Assembly: GCA_051645985.1 (NCBI GenBank)
Contig: JBOFCH010000262.1
Coordinates: 1-12,792 of the forward strand
Direction: 5' to 3'
Length of the DNA: 12,792 bases
From: Plesiomonas sp.
GTDB lineage: Bacteria; Pseudomonadota; Gammaproteobacteria; Enterobacterales; CAMTGL01
Shown: in pieces, positions 1 to 10,436 of the stretch
How positions within the stretch are numbered: position 1 is the first letter of the stretch
Layout: every line of letters begins with the position of its first letter
The notes under the pieces: model-generated
Told to the model about the DNA's origin: nothing
What the model saw: only the letters and a program-made list of their open reading frames with translations
Database searches by the model: none
Translations under genes and position numbers: made by a program

Positions 1-469
1 AACCCCGTTTGACAGCCTCCGTCTGAGCGCTGAAAGCGCGGCCGATGCCAGTAACCTGCTCAAGCAGTACATCAGTTTTGCCAATGCCCGCGCGATTGCG
101 GCGCTGGATGCTAACCTCGCAGGTCGTTGGGCGTCACGTTTGCAATCGGTCAAAGCACTGGTATCGCGTCAAGAGTCCGTGAATAAAGCGTTGCTGCAAC
201 GCGAGCAAGATGGCAAGACTTCCACTGATGAAGCGATGCAGGCAGCGAATTTTGATGTGGACTATGCCCAAAACAAAGCGGTGCTCGCTGCGCTGGCGAT
301 AGCGCCTAAACTGGATCAGAACATCCAGACCTTCCGTTATCTGCGCACCCCAGTGGAGCCGGTCAACCGCGATAAACCACGTCGCCTGTTCTTGCTGATC
401 CTGTGGGGGGTGATTGGCGGTATGACCGGGGCGGGGATTGCCATTGGTCGGCGTATTGCCGCGCGTTAA
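1..469 (+). CDS. wzzE: ECA polysaccharide chain-length modulation protein WzzE, C-terminal fragment (5' end outside window; codon phase starts at nt 2)
   Basis: Frame 2 is open from the window edge (TPFDSLRLSAESAADASNLLKQYISFANARA...) to TAA 467-469. The C-terminus ...FRYLRTPVEPVNRDKPRRLFLLILWGVIGGMTGAGIAIGRRIAAR has the Pro-rich segment and terminal TM helix typical of Wzz/PCP-1 co-polymerases. It lies directly upstream of wecB as in E. coli. The TTG at 140 in the ORF track is not a real start. Confidence 0.88.
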   Translation, partial: TPFDSLRLSAESAADASNLLKQYISFANARAIAALDANLAGRWASRLQSVKALVSRQESVNKALLQREQDGKTSTDEAMQAANFDVDYAQNKAVLAALAIAPKLDQNIQTFRYLRTPVEPVNRDKPRRLFLLILWGVIGGMTGAGIAIGRRIAAR

Positions 470-494
470 TGTCGTTGCCTAATTGCGTAAGAGG

Positions 495-524
495 CAGGAA
501 TCCGAGGGTGATTCGGTATTCCTG
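495..524 (+). other. Imperfect hairpin in the wzzE-wecB intergenic leader
   Basis: CAGGAATCCGA (495-505) pairs with TCGGTATTCCTG (513-524). This gives an 11-bp stem with one bulged T and a 7-nt loop. No U-run follows, so it is not a canonical intrinsic terminator. Confidence 0.4.
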
Positions 525-529
525 ATGTC

Positions 530-563
530 GGATCCCCTGACGTGCGTTATGGGATCCTCTGAC
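530..563 (+). repeat. Two 12-bp direct repeats GGATCC(C/T)CTGAC spaced 22 bp start to start, each containing a GATC
   Basis: GGATCCCCTGAC at 530-541 and GGATCCTCTGAC at 552-563 (11/12 identical). GATC lies at 531-534 and 553-556. Confidence 0.5.
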
Positions 564-581
564 AACCAAAAGAGTATTGCT

Positions 582-1715
582 GTGAAAGTGTTGACCGTTT
601 TCGGTACCCGTCCAGAAGCCATCAAAATGGCCCCGCTGGTCCACGCGCTGGCTCAACATCCTGAGTTTGAGTCCAGAGTCTGTGTTACCGCGCAGCATCG
701 TGAGATGCTGGATCAGGTATTGCACTTGTTTGAGATCGTGCCGGATTATGATCTCAACATCATGCGTCCCGGTCAGGGGCTAACCGAGATCACCTGCCGC
801 ATTCTGGAAGGCATGAAGCCGGTACTGAACGAATTCAATCCGGATGTGGTGTTGGTTCACGGTGATACCACCACCACCATGGCCGCCAGTCTGGCAGCCT
901 TTTACCAGCAGATCCCGGTTGGGCACGTGGAGGCTGGGTTGCGAACCGGTAACCTGTACTCGCCGTGGCCTGAAGAGGGTAACCGCAAATTGACCGGCCA
1001 TCTGGCCCGTTTCCACTTTGCGCCGACTGAAACCTCACGCCACAACTTGCTGCAAGAGCATATTCCAGATTCGCACATTTTTGTGACTGGCAATACTGTT
1101 ATTGATGCCCTGTTCTGGGTGCGTAACAAGCTGCAACAGGACAGCTCGTTACTGGCCAGCATCGAGGCTCGTTATCCGTTCCTGCACGATGATAAGAAAC
1201 TGATCTTGGTCACCGGTCACCGCCGTGAAAGCTTTGGCGGTGGATTTGAGCGTATCTGCAATGCGCTGGCACAAATTGCGCGCCAGCATCCGGAAGCGCA
1301 AATTTTGTATCCGATGCACCTGAACCCGAATGTCCGTGAGCCGGTGAATCGCATTTTGCGTGGCATCGACAACGTGATCCTGATTGACCCGCAGGACTAC
1401 CTGCCGTTTGTCTACCTGATGAACCGGGCCTATTTGATTCTGACCGACTCCGGTGGGATCCAAGAAGAAGCGCCGTCATTGGGCAAACCGGTACTGGTGC
1501 TGCGCGATACCACTGAACGTCCCGAGGCAGTCGCTGCCGGTACGGTGCGTTTGGTCGGTACCCAAGTTGAGACGATCGTCAGCGAGGTATCCCGCCTACT
1601 GACCGACCATGATGAATACCACCGCATGAGCCGCGCTCATAACCCGTACGGTAACGGGCAGGCCTGCCAACAAATTCTTGAAGCATTGAAGATTAATTCA
1701 GGTGACCAGTCATGA
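582..1715 (+). CDS. wecB: UDP-N-acetylglucosamine 2-epimerase
   Basis: (M)[22 protein letters not shown]..., HVEAGLRT and [28 protein letters not shown] are near-identical to E. coli WecB along the whole length. I chose GTG 582 because it reproduces the E. coli N-terminus MKVLTVFG and has AAGAG 8 nt upstream. In-frame ATG 549 and ATG 525 are alternatives, and the ORF-track start at 483 is an over-extension. Gives 377 aa. Confidence 0.93.
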   Translation: MKVLTVFGTRPEAIKMAPLVHALAQHPEFESRVCVTAQHREMLDQVLHLFEIVPDYDLNIMRPGQGLTEITCRILEGMKPVLNEFNPDVVLVHGDTTTTMAASLAAFYQQIPVGHVEAGLRTGNLYSPWPEEGNRKLTGHLARFHFAPTETSRHNLLQEHIPDSHIFVTGNTVIDALFWVRNKLQQDSSLLASIEARYPFLHDDKKLILVTGHRRESFGGGFERICNALAQIARQHPEAQILYPMHLNPNVREPVNRILRGIDNVILIDPQDYLPFVYLMNRAYLILTDSGGIQEEAPSLGKPVLVLRDTTERPEAVAAGTVRLVGTQVETIVSEVSRLLTDHDEYHRMSRAHNPYGNGQACQQILEALKINSGDQS

Positions 1716-2974
1716 GCTTTGACACCATTTCAGTTATCGGTTTGGGATATATCGGTCTGCCAACCGCTGCGGCGTTCGCCTCAGCCAAGAAAAAGGTGAT
1801 CGGTATTGATATCAACCAGCATGCGGTAGATACCATCAATCAGGGCAAAATCCACATCGTGGAGCCGGATTTGGATCTGGCGGTGAAAGCCGCCGTGGAA
1901 GGCGGTTTTCTCAGTGCTAGCAACCAGCCGCAACCGGCGGATGCGTTTTTGATTGCGGTGCCGACCCCGTTCAAAGGTGACTACGAGCCGGATCTGGCCT
2001 ATGTCGAAGCGGCGGCCAAGTCGATTGCACCGGTGCTGAAAAAAGGCGATTTGGTGATCTTGGAGTCTACCTCTCCGGTGACGGCAACCGAGCAGATGGC
2101 GCAGTGGCTGATGGACGCACGCAGCGATTTAAGCTTCCCGCCACAGGCCGGCGAAGCGGCCGATGTCAATATCGCCTACTGCCCTGAGCGCGTATTGCCG
2201 GGTATGGTGATGGTGGAGCTGATCCAAAACGACCGCGTGATTGGCGGGATGACGCCGCGTTGCTCTGAACGGGCCGCTAGCCTGTATAAGATTTTCGTCA
2301 AAGGCGAGTGTGTGATCACCAACTCGCGTACCGCCGAAATGTGCAAACTGACTGAAAACAGTTTTCGCGATGTGAACATTGCCTTTGCCAACGAGCTGTC
2401 GCTGATTTGTGATAAGCAGGGCATCAATGTCTGGGAGCTGATCCGTCTGGCCAACCGCCATCCACGGGTCAATATTTTGCTGCCAGGGCCAGGTGTGGGT
2501 GGTCACTGTATCGCGGTTGATCCGTGGTTTATCGTGGCGCAAAACCCAGACGAAGCACGTTTAATTCGTGCGGCGCGTGAAGTGAATGACGGCAAGCCGC
2601 ACTGGGTGGTGGAAAAAGCCAAACTGGCAGTGGCCGAGTGCCTGACCGCTACCGGTAAGCGCGCGCAAGAGGTGAAAATTGCCTGTCTGGGTCTGGCCTT
2701 TAAGCCGGATATTGATGATCTGCGCGAAAGCCCAGCGATGGAAATCACCCAACTGATTGCTGACTGGCATGCCGGTAGCGTATGGGCGGTAGAGCCGAAT
2801 GTGCATACCCTGCCGAAGAAACTGGCGGGCAAGGCCGAGTTGGTTTCTACCGAGCAAGCACTGGCGGAGGCCGATGTGCTGGTTCTGCTGGTCGATCATC
2901 AGCAATTCAAGGCGATTGCGCCGGTACAAGTGACCCAGAACTGGGTGGTGGATACGAAAGGAGTATGGCGATGA
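1712..2974 (+). CDS. wecC: UDP-N-acetyl-D-mannosamine dehydrogenase (makes UDP-ManNAcA)
   Basis: 420 aa. [24 protein letters not shown] contains the GxGxxG NAD fold, and [15 protein letters not shown] contains the catalytic Cys of UDP-sugar 6-dehydrogenases. Collinear with E. coli WecC (420 aa). AGGTGA SD lies 6 nt upstream, and the ATGA overlaps the wecB stop. Confidence 0.96.
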   Translation: MSFDTISVIGLGYIGLPTAAAFASAKKKVIGIDINQHAVDTINQGKIHIVEPDLDLAVKAAVEGGFLSASNQPQPADAFLIAVPTPFKGDYEPDLAYVEAAAKSIAPVLKKGDLVILESTSPVTATEQMAQWLMDARSDLSFPPQAGEAADVNIAYCPERVLPGMVMVELIQNDRVIGGMTPRCSERAASLYKIFVKGECVITNSRTAEMCKLTENSFRDVNIAFANELSLICDKQGINVWELIRLANRHPRVNILLPGPGVGGHCIAVDPWFIVAQNPDEARLIRAAREVNDGKPHWVVEKAKLAVAECLTATGKRAQEVKIACLGLAFKPDIDDLRESPAMEITQLIADWHAGSVWAVEPNVHTLPKKLAGKAELVSTEQALAEADVLVLLVDHQQFKAIAPVQVTQNWVVDTKGVWR

Positions 2975-4038
2975 AAACGATCCTAGTCACCGGCGGCGCC
3001 GGCTTTATTGGTTCCGCGGTGGTGCGTCACATTATCCAAGATACCCCACATCGGGTGGTGAATCTGGATAAGCTGACTTATGCCGGTAATCTGGAATCAC
3101 TGGACAGCGTCAGTGGTGATGCACGTTACCACTTTGAGCAGGCCGATATCTGCGATCGCGCTGCTATGGAGCGTATTTTTGCCCAGTATCGTCCAGATGT
3201 GGTGATGCATCTGGCGGCAGAAAGCCATGTCGATCGTTCCATTGATGGCCCGGCAGCGTTTATCGAAACCAACATTATCGGCACTTATACCCTGTTGGAA
3301 GCGGCGCGTGGCTACTGGAATACGTTGTCGCCTGAGACCAAAGCCGCGTTTCGTTTCCACCACATTTCGACCGATGAGGTATATGGCGATCTGGAAGGGA
3401 CGGATTCTCTGTTTACCGAAACCACGCCGTATGCACCGAGCAGCCCGTATTCCGCATCTAAAGCCTCCAGCGATCATCTGGTGCGCGCGTGGCGCCGCAC
3501 CTATGGCTTGCCAACGCTGATCACCAACTGCTCCAACAATTACGGCCCGTTCCATTTCCCGGAAAAACTGATCCCGCTGATCATCTTAAATGCGTTAGCC
3601 GGTAAGCCATTGCCGGTGTATGGCCAGGGTGAGCAGATCCGTGATTGGCTGTACGTGGAAGATCATGCCCGAGCGTTGGTGAAAGTGGCGACTGAAGGGG
3701 CGGTAGGGGAAACCTATAACATTGGCGGTCATAACGAGCGCAAGAATATCGAGGTGGTACACACGCTGTGTGATCTGCTGGAAGAGCTGGTGCCGAACAA
3801 ACCGGCCGGTGTGGCCCATTATCGCGATTTGATCACCTATGTGGCGGATCGTCCAGGCCACGATCTGCGCTATGCGATCGACGCGTCGAAGATCGCCCAA
3901 GATCTGGGTTGGGTGCCGCAAGAGACGTTTGAAAGCGGGATCCGCAAAACCGTGATCTGGTATTTAGAAAATGAAACTTGGTGGCGCCGGGTACAAGACG
4001 GTTCGTATGCCGGTGAGCGCCTAGGCTTAGGAGCCTGA
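2971..4038 (+). CDS. rffG: dTDP-glucose 4,6-dehydratase
   Basis: [15 protein letters not shown] (Rossmann fold), [10 protein letters not shown] (SDR YxxxK) and [11 protein letters not shown] match E. coli RffG (355 aa). AAGGAG sits 7 nt before ATG 2971, and the ATGA overlaps the wecC stop. The ORF-track start at 2782 reads out of frame through the wecC 3' end and is spurious. Confidence 0.95.
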   Translation: MKTILVTGGAGFIGSAVVRHIIQDTPHRVVNLDKLTYAGNLESLDSVSGDARYHFEQADICDRAAMERIFAQYRPDVVMHLAAESHVDRSIDGPAAFIETNIIGTYTLLEAARGYWNTLSPETKAAFRFHHISTDEVYGDLEGTDSLFTETTPYAPSSPYSASKASSDHLVRAWRRTYGLPTLITNCSNNYGPFHFPEKLIPLIILNALAGKPLPVYGQGEQIRDWLYVEDHARALVKVATEGAVGETYNIGGHNERKNIEVVHTLCDLLEELVPNKPAGVAHYRDLITYVADRPGHDLRYAIDASKIAQDLGWVPQETFESGIRKTVIWYLENETWWRRVQDGSYAGERLGLGA

Positions 4039-4040
4039 AC

Positions 4041-4922
4041 ATGAAAGGTATTATTCTAGCGGGTGGCTCCGGTACCCGCCTGTATCCGCTCACCCGCGGT
4101 GTTTCCAAGCAAATGCTGCCAGTGTATGACAAACCGATGATTTACTACCCGCTGTCGGTACTGATGCTGAGTGGGATCCGTGACATCTTGATTATCACTA
4201 CCCCCGATGATCAGGCCGCGTTCCAGCGTTTGCTGGGCGACGGTAGCGAGTTTGGCATTCACTTGCAGTATGCCATCCAGCCAAGCCCGGATGGTCTGGC
4301 ACAGGCGTTTATTATCGGTGAAGAGTTCATCGGGGATGACAGCGTGTGCTTGGTGCTGGGGGATAATATCTTCTTTGGTCAATATTTCAGCGACAAGTTG
4401 AAAGCCGTGGCGACACGTACTAGCGGCGCCACCGTATTTGGTTATCAGGTGATGGATCCGGAGCGCTTCGGGGTGGTGGAATTTGATGACCAGTTCAATG
4501 CGCTGTCGATTGAAGAAAAACCGGTGCAGCCAAAATCCAATTGGGCGGTGACCGGCCTGTATTTCTACGACAACCAAGTGGTCGAGATGGCCAAACAAGT
4601 CAAACCATCGCACCGTGGCGAGCTGGAGATCACCACCTTAAACGAGATGTACCTGCAAAAAGGGCAGCTCAAGGTGGAATTGCTGGGCCGTGGTTTTGCG
4701 TGGCTGGATACCGGTACTCATGACAGCCTGATTGAAGCCAGCACCTTTGTGCAGACAGTGGAAAAACGTCAGGGCTTCAAAGTGGCTTGCTTGGAAGAGA
4801 TCGCGTGGCGCAATGGCTGGCTGAGTGACGAACAAGTGGCCGTTGCCGCACAGGCGCAAGCTAAGACCGGTTACGGTCAATATCTAAAGACCTTGCTGCA
4901 TGTCCGTCCACGCCAGTATTGA
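4041..4922 (+). CDS. rffH: glucose-1-phosphate thymidylyltransferase
   Basis: 293 aa. [39 protein letters not shown] is the G-G-x-G-T-R nucleotidyltransferase signature. Same length as E. coli RffH. AGGAG lies 7 nt upstream, 2 nt after the rffG stop. Confidence 0.96.
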   Translation: MKGIILAGGSGTRLYPLTRGVSKQMLPVYDKPMIYYPLSVLMLSGIRDILIITTPDDQAAFQRLLGDGSEFGIHLQYAIQPSPDGLAQAFIIGEEFIGDDSVCLVLGDNIFFGQYFSDKLKAVATRTSGATVFGYQVMDPERFGVVEFDDQFNALSIEEKPVQPKSNWAVTGLYFYDNQVVEMAKQVKPSHRGELEITTLNEMYLQKGQLKVELLGRGFAWLDTGTHDSLIEASTFVQTVEKRQGFKVACLEEIAWRNGWLSDEQVAVAAQAQAKTGYGQYLKTLLHVRPRQY

Positions 4923-5610
4923 GCCGTTAGGCTGGGAAAGCGCCTTTTTCGCACTATCCAGTGCCAAATTGGTGTGGGATACACAGGCCGCACCGCTGCA
5001 AGCGGCGGATTTACAGCCGTATGCACTGGTACAAGCTAAAGTACCGGCGGCGCGTCTGGATCTGGCCGATGGCTTGGCACGCTTGGGCTTTCAATTGGCG
5101 GAAGGGGAAGTGGATCTGGCGCTGAGCTTGCCTGCTTCCTTACCGGCGCACGCGCTGCCGAGTGGTTGGTGTTGCCGCGTCGCCACTGAGGCTGACACTG
5201 CGCTGCTGCGCAGTGCGGCGGCGCAGACCTTTGCTCATAGCCGTTTTCGCGCGCCTTGGTATCAGCCCAGCGATAGTGGCCGTTTTTATGCTGAATGGAT
5301 CGAAAAAGCGGTGCGTGGCACCTTCGATCATCAATGCCTGCTGATTGAGCAGGATGAACAGATTCTGGGGTTTGTAACCCTGCGCGATCTGGGCCAGCAA
5401 CAGGCCCGGATCGGCCTTTTAGCCGCCATGCCCGCTTGTGCTGGGCGTGGCGTGGGCCAACAGTTGATGTGGGCGGCGCAACACTGGTGCCAGACGCAAG
5501 GGATCCCTACCCTGCGCGTGGCAACCCAAACCGGTAATGTGGCGGCCTTACGTCTTTATATTCGCAGCGGTGCCGTTATAACCGACACTGCGTATTGGTT
5601 TTACAGGTGA
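4900..5610 (+). CDS. wecD: dTDP-fucosamine (dTDP-4-amino-4,6-dideoxygalactose) N-acetyltransferase, GNAT family
   Basis: [51 protein letters not shown] and the acetyl-CoA loop GRGVGQQL are collinear with E. coli WecD (RffC). The start overlaps the rffH 3' end by 23 nt. Confidence 0.92.
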   Translation: MSVHASIEPLGWESAFFALSSAKLVWDTQAAPLQAADLQPYALVQAKVPAARLDLADGLARLGFQLAEGEVDLALSLPASLPAHALPSGWCCRVATEADTALLRSAAAQTFAHSRFRAPWYQPSDSGRFYAEWIEKAVRGTFDHQCLLIEQDEQILGFVTLRDLGQQQARIGLLAAMPACAGRGVGQQLMWAAQHWCQTQGIPTLRVATQTGNVAALRLYIRSGAVITDTAYWFYR

Positions 5611-5615
5611 TAAGC

Positions 5616-6746
5616 ATGATCCCATTTAATGCCCCGCCGGTTGTCGGCACGGAGTTGGAGTATATGCAGGCTGCCATGGGCAGCGGTAAGCTGTGTGGTG
5701 ACGGCGCTTTTACCCGCCGCTGTCAGCAGTGGATGGAGCAGCATTTTGGCAGCGCCAAAGTTTTGCTGACGCCATCATGCACAGCGTCACTGGAGATGGC
5801 CGCCATCCTGCTGGATATCCAGCCGGGGGATGAGGTGATCATGCCAAGCTTCACCTTTGTGTCGACTGCCAATGCCTTTGTACTGCGCGGTGCCAAGGTG
5901 GTGTTTGTCGATCTGCGCCCCGATACCATGAATATCGATGAGCGTAAGATTGAAGCGGCGATCACTGAGCGCACCAAGGCGATTGTGCCGGTGCACTATG
6001 CGGGTGTGGCATGTGAGATGGATACCATCATGGCGCTGGCCGAAAAGTATGACCTGTGGGTAGTGGAAGATGCCGCGCAAGGCGTGATGTCGACCTACAA
6101 GGGTCGTGCGCTTGGCACCATCGGGCATATCGGTTGCTACAGCTTCCATGAAACCAAAAACTACACCGCGGGTGGTGAAGGTGGCGCGACTCTCATCAAT
6201 GATCCAGCGCTGATTGAGCGGGCCGAAATCATTCGTGAGAAAGGCACCAACCGCAGTCAATTCTTCCGTGGTCAGGTGGATAAATACACGTGGCGCGACA
6301 TTGGCTCCAGCTACCTGATGTCGGATTTGCAGGCGGCCTATCTGTGGTCACAACTGGAAGCGGCGGAGCGGATCAACCAGCGTCGCCTGAAGCTGTGGCA
6401 GACCTATTTTGATGCGCTGTCTCCACTGGCGGCGGCCGGTCGGATCGAGTTACCAAGCCATCCGGCAGACTGCGCGCATAACGCCCACATGTTCTACATC
6501 AAACTGCGTGATATCAACGATCGCAGCGCCTTCATCAGCTTTATGAAAGAAGCCGAGATCATGACCGTATTCCATTACATCCCTCTGCATGCTTGCCCGG
6601 CGGGTGAGAAGTTCGGGGTGATGCATGGCGCGGATCAGTTCACCACCGCCGAGAGCGAGCGTTTGGTGCGTTTGCCGCTGTTCTACAACATGGATGAGTT
6701 GACGCAGCGTACCGTGATCCAGACGATGCTGAACTTCTTCGCCTGA
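5616..6746 (+). CDS. wecE: dTDP-4-dehydro-6-deoxy-D-glucose transaminase (DegT/DnrJ/EryC1 family, PLP-dependent)
   Basis: MIPFNAPPVVGTELEYMQAAMGSGKLCGDG... and SFHETKNYTAGGEGG (PLP lysine) are nearly identical to E. coli WecE. Gives 376 aa from ATG 5616 with AGGTGA upstream. The ORF-track start at 5595 adds 7 unsupported codons. Confidence 0.95.
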   Translation: MIPFNAPPVVGTELEYMQAAMGSGKLCGDGAFTRRCQQWMEQHFGSAKVLLTPSCTASLEMAAILLDIQPGDEVIMPSFTFVSTANAFVLRGAKVVFVDLRPDTMNIDERKIEAAITERTKAIVPVHYAGVACEMDTIMALAEKYDLWVVEDAAQGVMSTYKGRALGTIGHIGCYSFHETKNYTAGGEGGATLINDPALIERAEIIREKGTNRSQFFRGQVDKYTWRDIGSSYLMSDLQAAYLWSQLEAAERINQRRLKLWQTYFDALSPLAAAGRIELPSHPADCAHNAHMFYIKLRDINDRSAFISFMKEAEIMTVFHYIPLHACPAGEKFGVMHGADQFTTAESERLVRLPLFYNMDELTQRTVIQTMLNFFA

Positions 6747-6748
6747 TT

Positions 6749-7999
6749 ATGTCGTTAGCTAAAGCGTCGGTATGGACCGCAGCCTCGACTCTGGTCAAGA
6801 TCGGGGTCGGGCTGTTGGTGGTCAAGTTACTGGCTGCCTCTTTCGGCCCGCAAGGGGTGGGACAGGCTGCTAACTTCATGACCATGGTGACGGTGCTGGG
6901 CGTGTTGTCCGGTGCCGGTATTTTTAACGGTGTGACCAAGTATGTGGCCGAGTTCCAGCACGATCCACAGCGTCTGCGCAGCTTGCTGGGAACCGCGTCG
7001 GCCATCACCCTGCTCTCCTCTTCGCTGCTAGCGCTGGTATTTGTGCTGGGGGCTAGCCCGATCAGCCAAATCCTGTTCGGACATTCCGATTTTGTGCCGG
7101 TGATCCGCGCGGTGGGGTTGATCCAGATGGGGATTGCCTACGCTAATTTATTGCTGGCGATCCTCAAAGGTCAGCGTGATGCGATGGGTAACGCACTCGC
7201 ATTGATTGCCGGTAGTGTGATTGGTGTCGTGGCCTACTGCTTGAGTTTCTGGCTGGGCGGCTATGCCGGTGCACTGGCCGGGATGGCGTTGGTGCCGGCG
7301 ATCACGGTTATCCCCGCGGCGCTGGTGATCAAAAAACGTAACAGTGTGCCGTTTGCCTTTTTACGGCCGCACTGGGATCGCCCGCTGGCGCGCCAGCTAC
7401 TGAAATTTATTGTGATGGTGGTGATCACCTCGGTCACCCTGCCTGCGGCCTATGTGATGCTGCGTAATGTGTTGGCCGCCGATTATGGCCTGGATGCGGT
7501 CGGGATGTGGCAAGGGGTGAGTAAGATCTCCGATGCCTATCTACAATTTATTACCGCCTCATTTTCGGTCTATCTGCTGCCGACGTTATCGCGTTTACAG
7601 CAGCGTGATGAGATAGTGCGCGAGATTGGCCGCACGCTGCGCTTTGTGTTACCCGCAGTAGCCACGGTCAGTTTCGCGGTGTATCTGCTGCGTGATGTGG
7701 CGATCTGGCTGCTGTTTTCGCCCGAGTTTCGGCCGATGCGCGATCTGTTTGCTTGGCAGCTGACCGGCGATGTATTTAAGGTCGGCGCCTATGTGTTTGG
7801 TTATCTGGTGGTGGCCAAAGCCGCATTACGTTATTACCTGCTGGCGGAAGTGAGCCAGTTTGTACTGCTGACCGGTCTTGCCCATTGGCTGATCCCGCGC
7901 TCTGGCGCACTGGGTGCTGCGCAGGCTTATATGCTGACTTATATTGTGTATTTTTGCCTCTGTGTTGGGGCGTTTCTTATTTATCGAAAGCGTGCATGA
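6749..7999 (+). CDS. wzxE: ECA lipid III flippase (MOP/PST-family polysaccharide transporter)
   Basis: 416 aa and multi-[21 protein letters not shown]..., [24 protein letters not shown] and [10 protein letters not shown] are collinear with E. coli WzxE (416 aa). Confidence 0.94.
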   Translation: MSLAKASVWTAASTLVKIGVGLLVVKLLAASFGPQGVGQAANFMTMVTVLGVLSGAGIFNGVTKYVAEFQHDPQRLRSLLGTASAITLLSSSLLALVFVLGASPISQILFGHSDFVPVIRAVGLIQMGIAYANLLLAILKGQRDAMGNALALIAGSVIGVVAYCLSFWLGGYAGALAGMALVPAITVIPAALVIKKRNSVPFAFLRPHWDRPLARQLLKFIVMVVITSVTLPAAYVMLRNVLAADYGLDAVGMWQGVSKISDAYLQFITASFSVYLLPTLSRLQQRDEIVREIGRTLRFVLPAVATVSFAVYLLRDVAIWLLFSPEFRPMRDLFAWQLTGDVFKVGAYVFGYLVVAKAALRYYLLAEVSQFVLLTGLAHWLIPRSGALGAAQAYMLTYIVYFCLCVGAFLIYRKRA

Positions 8000-9108
8000 C
8001 AGCCTTAATCCACGTTCTGGGATCTGAGATCCCGCATCATAACCATACGGTGCTCACCTTTTTCGCTGAGGTGCTGACGCCGGCATTACAGCAACCGGCA
8101 CTGACCCGAGAGTTTTACGTGGTCAGCCATGAGCCGGGGCTGGCAGCGCGCTATCCGGCGCTCTCACTGCACTGTTTTGCCGACAAAAAGAGCTTAGCAC
8201 GGGCGGTGAGTACCGCGGCGCAAGATCCACAGCAGCGTTTTTTCCTGCACGGGCAGTTTAACCCGTGGTTGTGGCTGGCTTTGTTGACCGGGAAAATCCG
8301 GTCGCAGCAAGTCAGCTGGCATATCTGGGGGGCCGACTTGTATGAGGATGCGCAAAGCTGGAAATTTAAGCTGTTTTATCGCCTGCGCCGTCCGGCACAA
8401 GGGCGGATTGGCCGGGTGTTTGCCACGCGTGGCGATCTGGCATATTTCACGCGTCGTCATCCACACAGTGCAACACAATTGCTCTATTTCCCGACCAAAA
8501 TGGATTTGGCGCTGACCGGTGGTGTGCGCCAACATGATCCTGCGCAGCCGCTGACCATTTTACTGGGCAACTCGGGCGATCGCTCCAACCGCCATATTGA
8601 GGCGCTGCGCGAGATCCACGCCACCTTTGGTCAACAGGTCAAAATACGGGTGCCACTTGGTTATCCGGCCAATAATTCGGCCTATATCGCGCAGATTGCC
8701 GAGGCGGCACAGCAACTGTTCCCTCGCGGACAAGTGGAGTTGCTCACCGAGCAAATCCCGTTTGACCGCTATCTGGCTTTGCTGGCTGAGTGCGATCTGG
8801 GCTACTTCCTGTTTGCTCGCCAGCAAGGCGTGGGCACTTTGTGTCTGCTGATCCAATTTGGCGTACCGTTTGTGCTCAGTGCGCAAAACCCGTTCTGTTT
8901 GGATTTGCGTGAGCAAGGGGTGCCAGTATTGCTCAGTGGTGAGCCGCTGGATGTGGCGCGCGTCTGTCAGGCACAGGCCCAGCTCGGCGCGCTCGATCGC
9001 CGCCAGATTGCCTTTTTTAAACCGAATTACCTTACGGGCTGGCAGCAGGCACTGCGGCAGGCCGGCGGTGACGCTATTGCATCTGCAAACCGAGGAGCCG
9101 GCGCATGA
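7996..9108 (+). CDS. wecF: TDP-Fuc4NAc:lipid II Fuc4NAc transferase (GT56)
   Basis: [59 protein letters not shown] and [15 protein letters not shown] match E. coli WecF (RffT). ATG 7996 forms an ATGA overlap with the wzxE stop. The ORF-track start at 7885 runs inside wzxE and is spurious. Gives 370 aa. Confidence 0.93.
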   Translation: MTALIHVLGSEIPHHNHTVLTFFAEVLTPALQQPALTREFYVVSHEPGLAARYPALSLHCFADKKSLARAVSTAAQDPQQRFFLHGQFNPWLWLALLTGKIRSQQVSWHIWGADLYEDAQSWKFKLFYRLRRPAQGRIGRVFATRGDLAYFTRRHPHSATQLLYFPTKMDLALTGGVRQHDPAQPLTILLGNSGDRSNRHIEALREIHATFGQQVKIRVPLGYPANNSAYIAQIAEAAQQLFPRGQVELLTEQIPFDRYLALLAECDLGYFLFARQQGVGTLCLLIQFGVPFVLSAQNPFCLDLREQGVPVLLSGEPLDVARVCQAQAQLGALDRRQIAFFKPNYLTGWQQALRQAGGDAIASANRGAGA

Positions 9109-10436
9109 CCCTGACTGATTTTTCTGGCCTGCTGGTCGTTTACCTATGCTCATTGGCACTGATTTTGACATTGGGTTATCGCGAATTTCGCCGTGAACGC
9201 TTTAACTTCAATATCTTTTTTACCCTGATCTACCTGCTGACGTTTTACTTCGGTTTTCCGTTTACCTGTATCTTGAGCTTCCGCTTTGATGTGCAGACCG
9301 AGCCGCCGGAGTATCTGATGTACGCCATGCTGGCGTCGACCGCGTTTTATGCGCTGTATTATGTGGTGTACAAGACGCGGATTATCCGCCGTCAGCGTCA
9401 GCGACCAGTACTCAATATGAATCGGGTCGAAACCAATCTGACTTGGATTTTGTTGATGCTGGTGGCAGTGGTCACGGTGGGGATCTTCTTCCTGCAAAAC
9501 GGCTTTTTGCTGTTCAAGTTGCAAAGCTACAGCCAGATTTTTTCCAAGGATGTGTCGGCGGTGGCGCTTAAGCGCTTCTTCTACTTCTTTATTCCGGCGA
9601 TGTTGGTGGTCTATTTCCTGCGTCAAGATACCAAAGGCTGGCTGATGTTTTTGGTCACCACGGTGGCGTTTGGCATTCTGACTTATGTGATTGTGGGCGG
9701 GACGCGCGCTAATATCATCATCGCGTTTGCCCTGTTTTTGTTTATCGGCATTATTCGTGGCTACATCACCTTGCCGATGTTGATTGCCGCCGGGGCAGCC
9801 AGTGTAGTTGGCATGTTCTGGTTGGCGTTAAAGCGCTATAGCTTGGATGTGAGTGGTTCGGAGGCGTTTTACACCTTCTTATACCTGACCCGCGACACTT
9901 TCTCACCGTGGGAGAACTTGGCACTACTGCTGGAAAATTATCACAAGATTGATTTTCAGGGGTTGGCACCGATTATTCGCGATTTCTACGTCTTTATTCC
10001 ATCGTCACTGTGGCCTGATCGCCCGAGTCTGGTGATCAATACCGCCAACTACTTCACGTGGGATGTGCTCGAGTACTTTGCCGGCTTAGCCATTTCGCCG
10101 ACGCTGATTGGCTCGCTCGTTATTATGGGCGGTGTGCTGTTTATCCCGGTAGGGGCCGTGATCGTCGGATTACTGATCAAGTGGCTAGACTGGCTGTATC
10201 ACAGTGGTATGCAGGAGCCTAACCGCTATAAAGCGGCGATCTTGTTGGCCTACAGTTTCGGTAACGTGTTTACCCTGATTGTACTGGTGCGCGAAGGGCT
10301 GGATTCGTTTGTGTCACGGATGGCATTTTTCTCGATTATTTTCGGTCTGTGTCTGTTACTGGCCAAATTACTGTATTGGCTGTTTGAAGCCAGCGGCTTG
10401 ATCCGCCGGCGCTTGAAGGTGCAAGAACATGAGTGA
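9105..10436 (+). CDS. wzyE: ECA polymerase
   Basis: 443 aa polytopic membrane protein. [79 protein letters not shown] and [10 protein letters not shown] are collinear with E. coli WzyE. GAGGAG lies 7 nt upstream, and the ATGA overlaps the wecF stop. Confidence 0.94.
   Translation: MTLTDFSGLLVVYLCSLALILTLGYREFRRERFNFNIFFTLIYLLTFYFGFPFTCILSFRFDVQTEPPEYLMYAMLASTAFYALYYVVYKTRIIRRQRQRPVLNMNRVETNLTWILLMLVAVVTVGIFFLQNGFLLFKLQSYSQIFSKDVSAVALKRFFYFFIPAMLVVYFLRQDTKGWLMFLVTTVAFGILTYVIVGGTRANIIIAFALFLFIGIIRGYITLPMLIAAGAASVVGMFWLALKRYSLDVSGSEAFYTFLYLTRDTFSPWENLALLLENYHKIDFQGLAPIIRDFYVFIPSSLWPDRPSLVINTANYFTWDVLEYFAGLAISPTLIGSLVIMGGVLFIPVGAVIVGLLIKWLDWLYHSGMQEPNRYKAAILLAYSFGNVFTLIVLVREGLDSFVSRMAFFSIIFGLCLLLAKLLYWLFEASGLIRRRLKVQEHE

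Noticed and set aside
470-581. Internal sigma70 promoter for wecB in the wzzE-wecB gap
   Set aside because: TTGCCG (456-461) and TTGCCT (475-480) are -35-like, but neither has an acceptable -10 at 16-18 bp. I cannot support a promoter call from sequence.
2782-2970. ORF-track extension giving a 418-aa RffG that starts [16 protein letters not shown]...
   Set aside because: The extension reads a different frame of the wecC 3' end and is Gly/Arg-rich nonsense. Homology and an AAGGAG with 7-nt spacing place the real start at ATG 2971. The same reasoning applies to the extensions at 7885-7995 (wecF), 5595-5615 (wecE) and 483-581 (wecB).
7208-7219. ops/JUMPstart-like GCCGGTAGTGTG in wzxE and GCCGGTAGCGTA at 2771-2782 in wecC (RfaH ops consensus GGCGGTAGnnTG)
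   Set aside because: Both mismatch the conserved second position, both are intragenic, and both are simply Ala-Gly-Ser codons (IAGSVI and HAGSVW). ECA operons are not known to me to be RfaH-dependent.
8560-9171. 203-aa minus-strand ORF antisense to wecF/wzyE, plus other long antisense ORFs (4056-4613, 5787-6260, 3097-3555, 9150-9626, 2129-2542)
   Set aside because: These are typical shadow ORFs opposite strongly codon-biased GC-rich genes. Their products are low-complexity and Arg/Gln-rich, they lack an SD, and they are fully embedded in well-supported sense genes.
9458-9465. Chi site GCTGGTGG on the + strand inside wzyE
   Set aside because: A single Chi octamer in about 13 kb is within the normal density for enteric genomes. 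It encodes Leu-Val within MLVAV and has no local significance.
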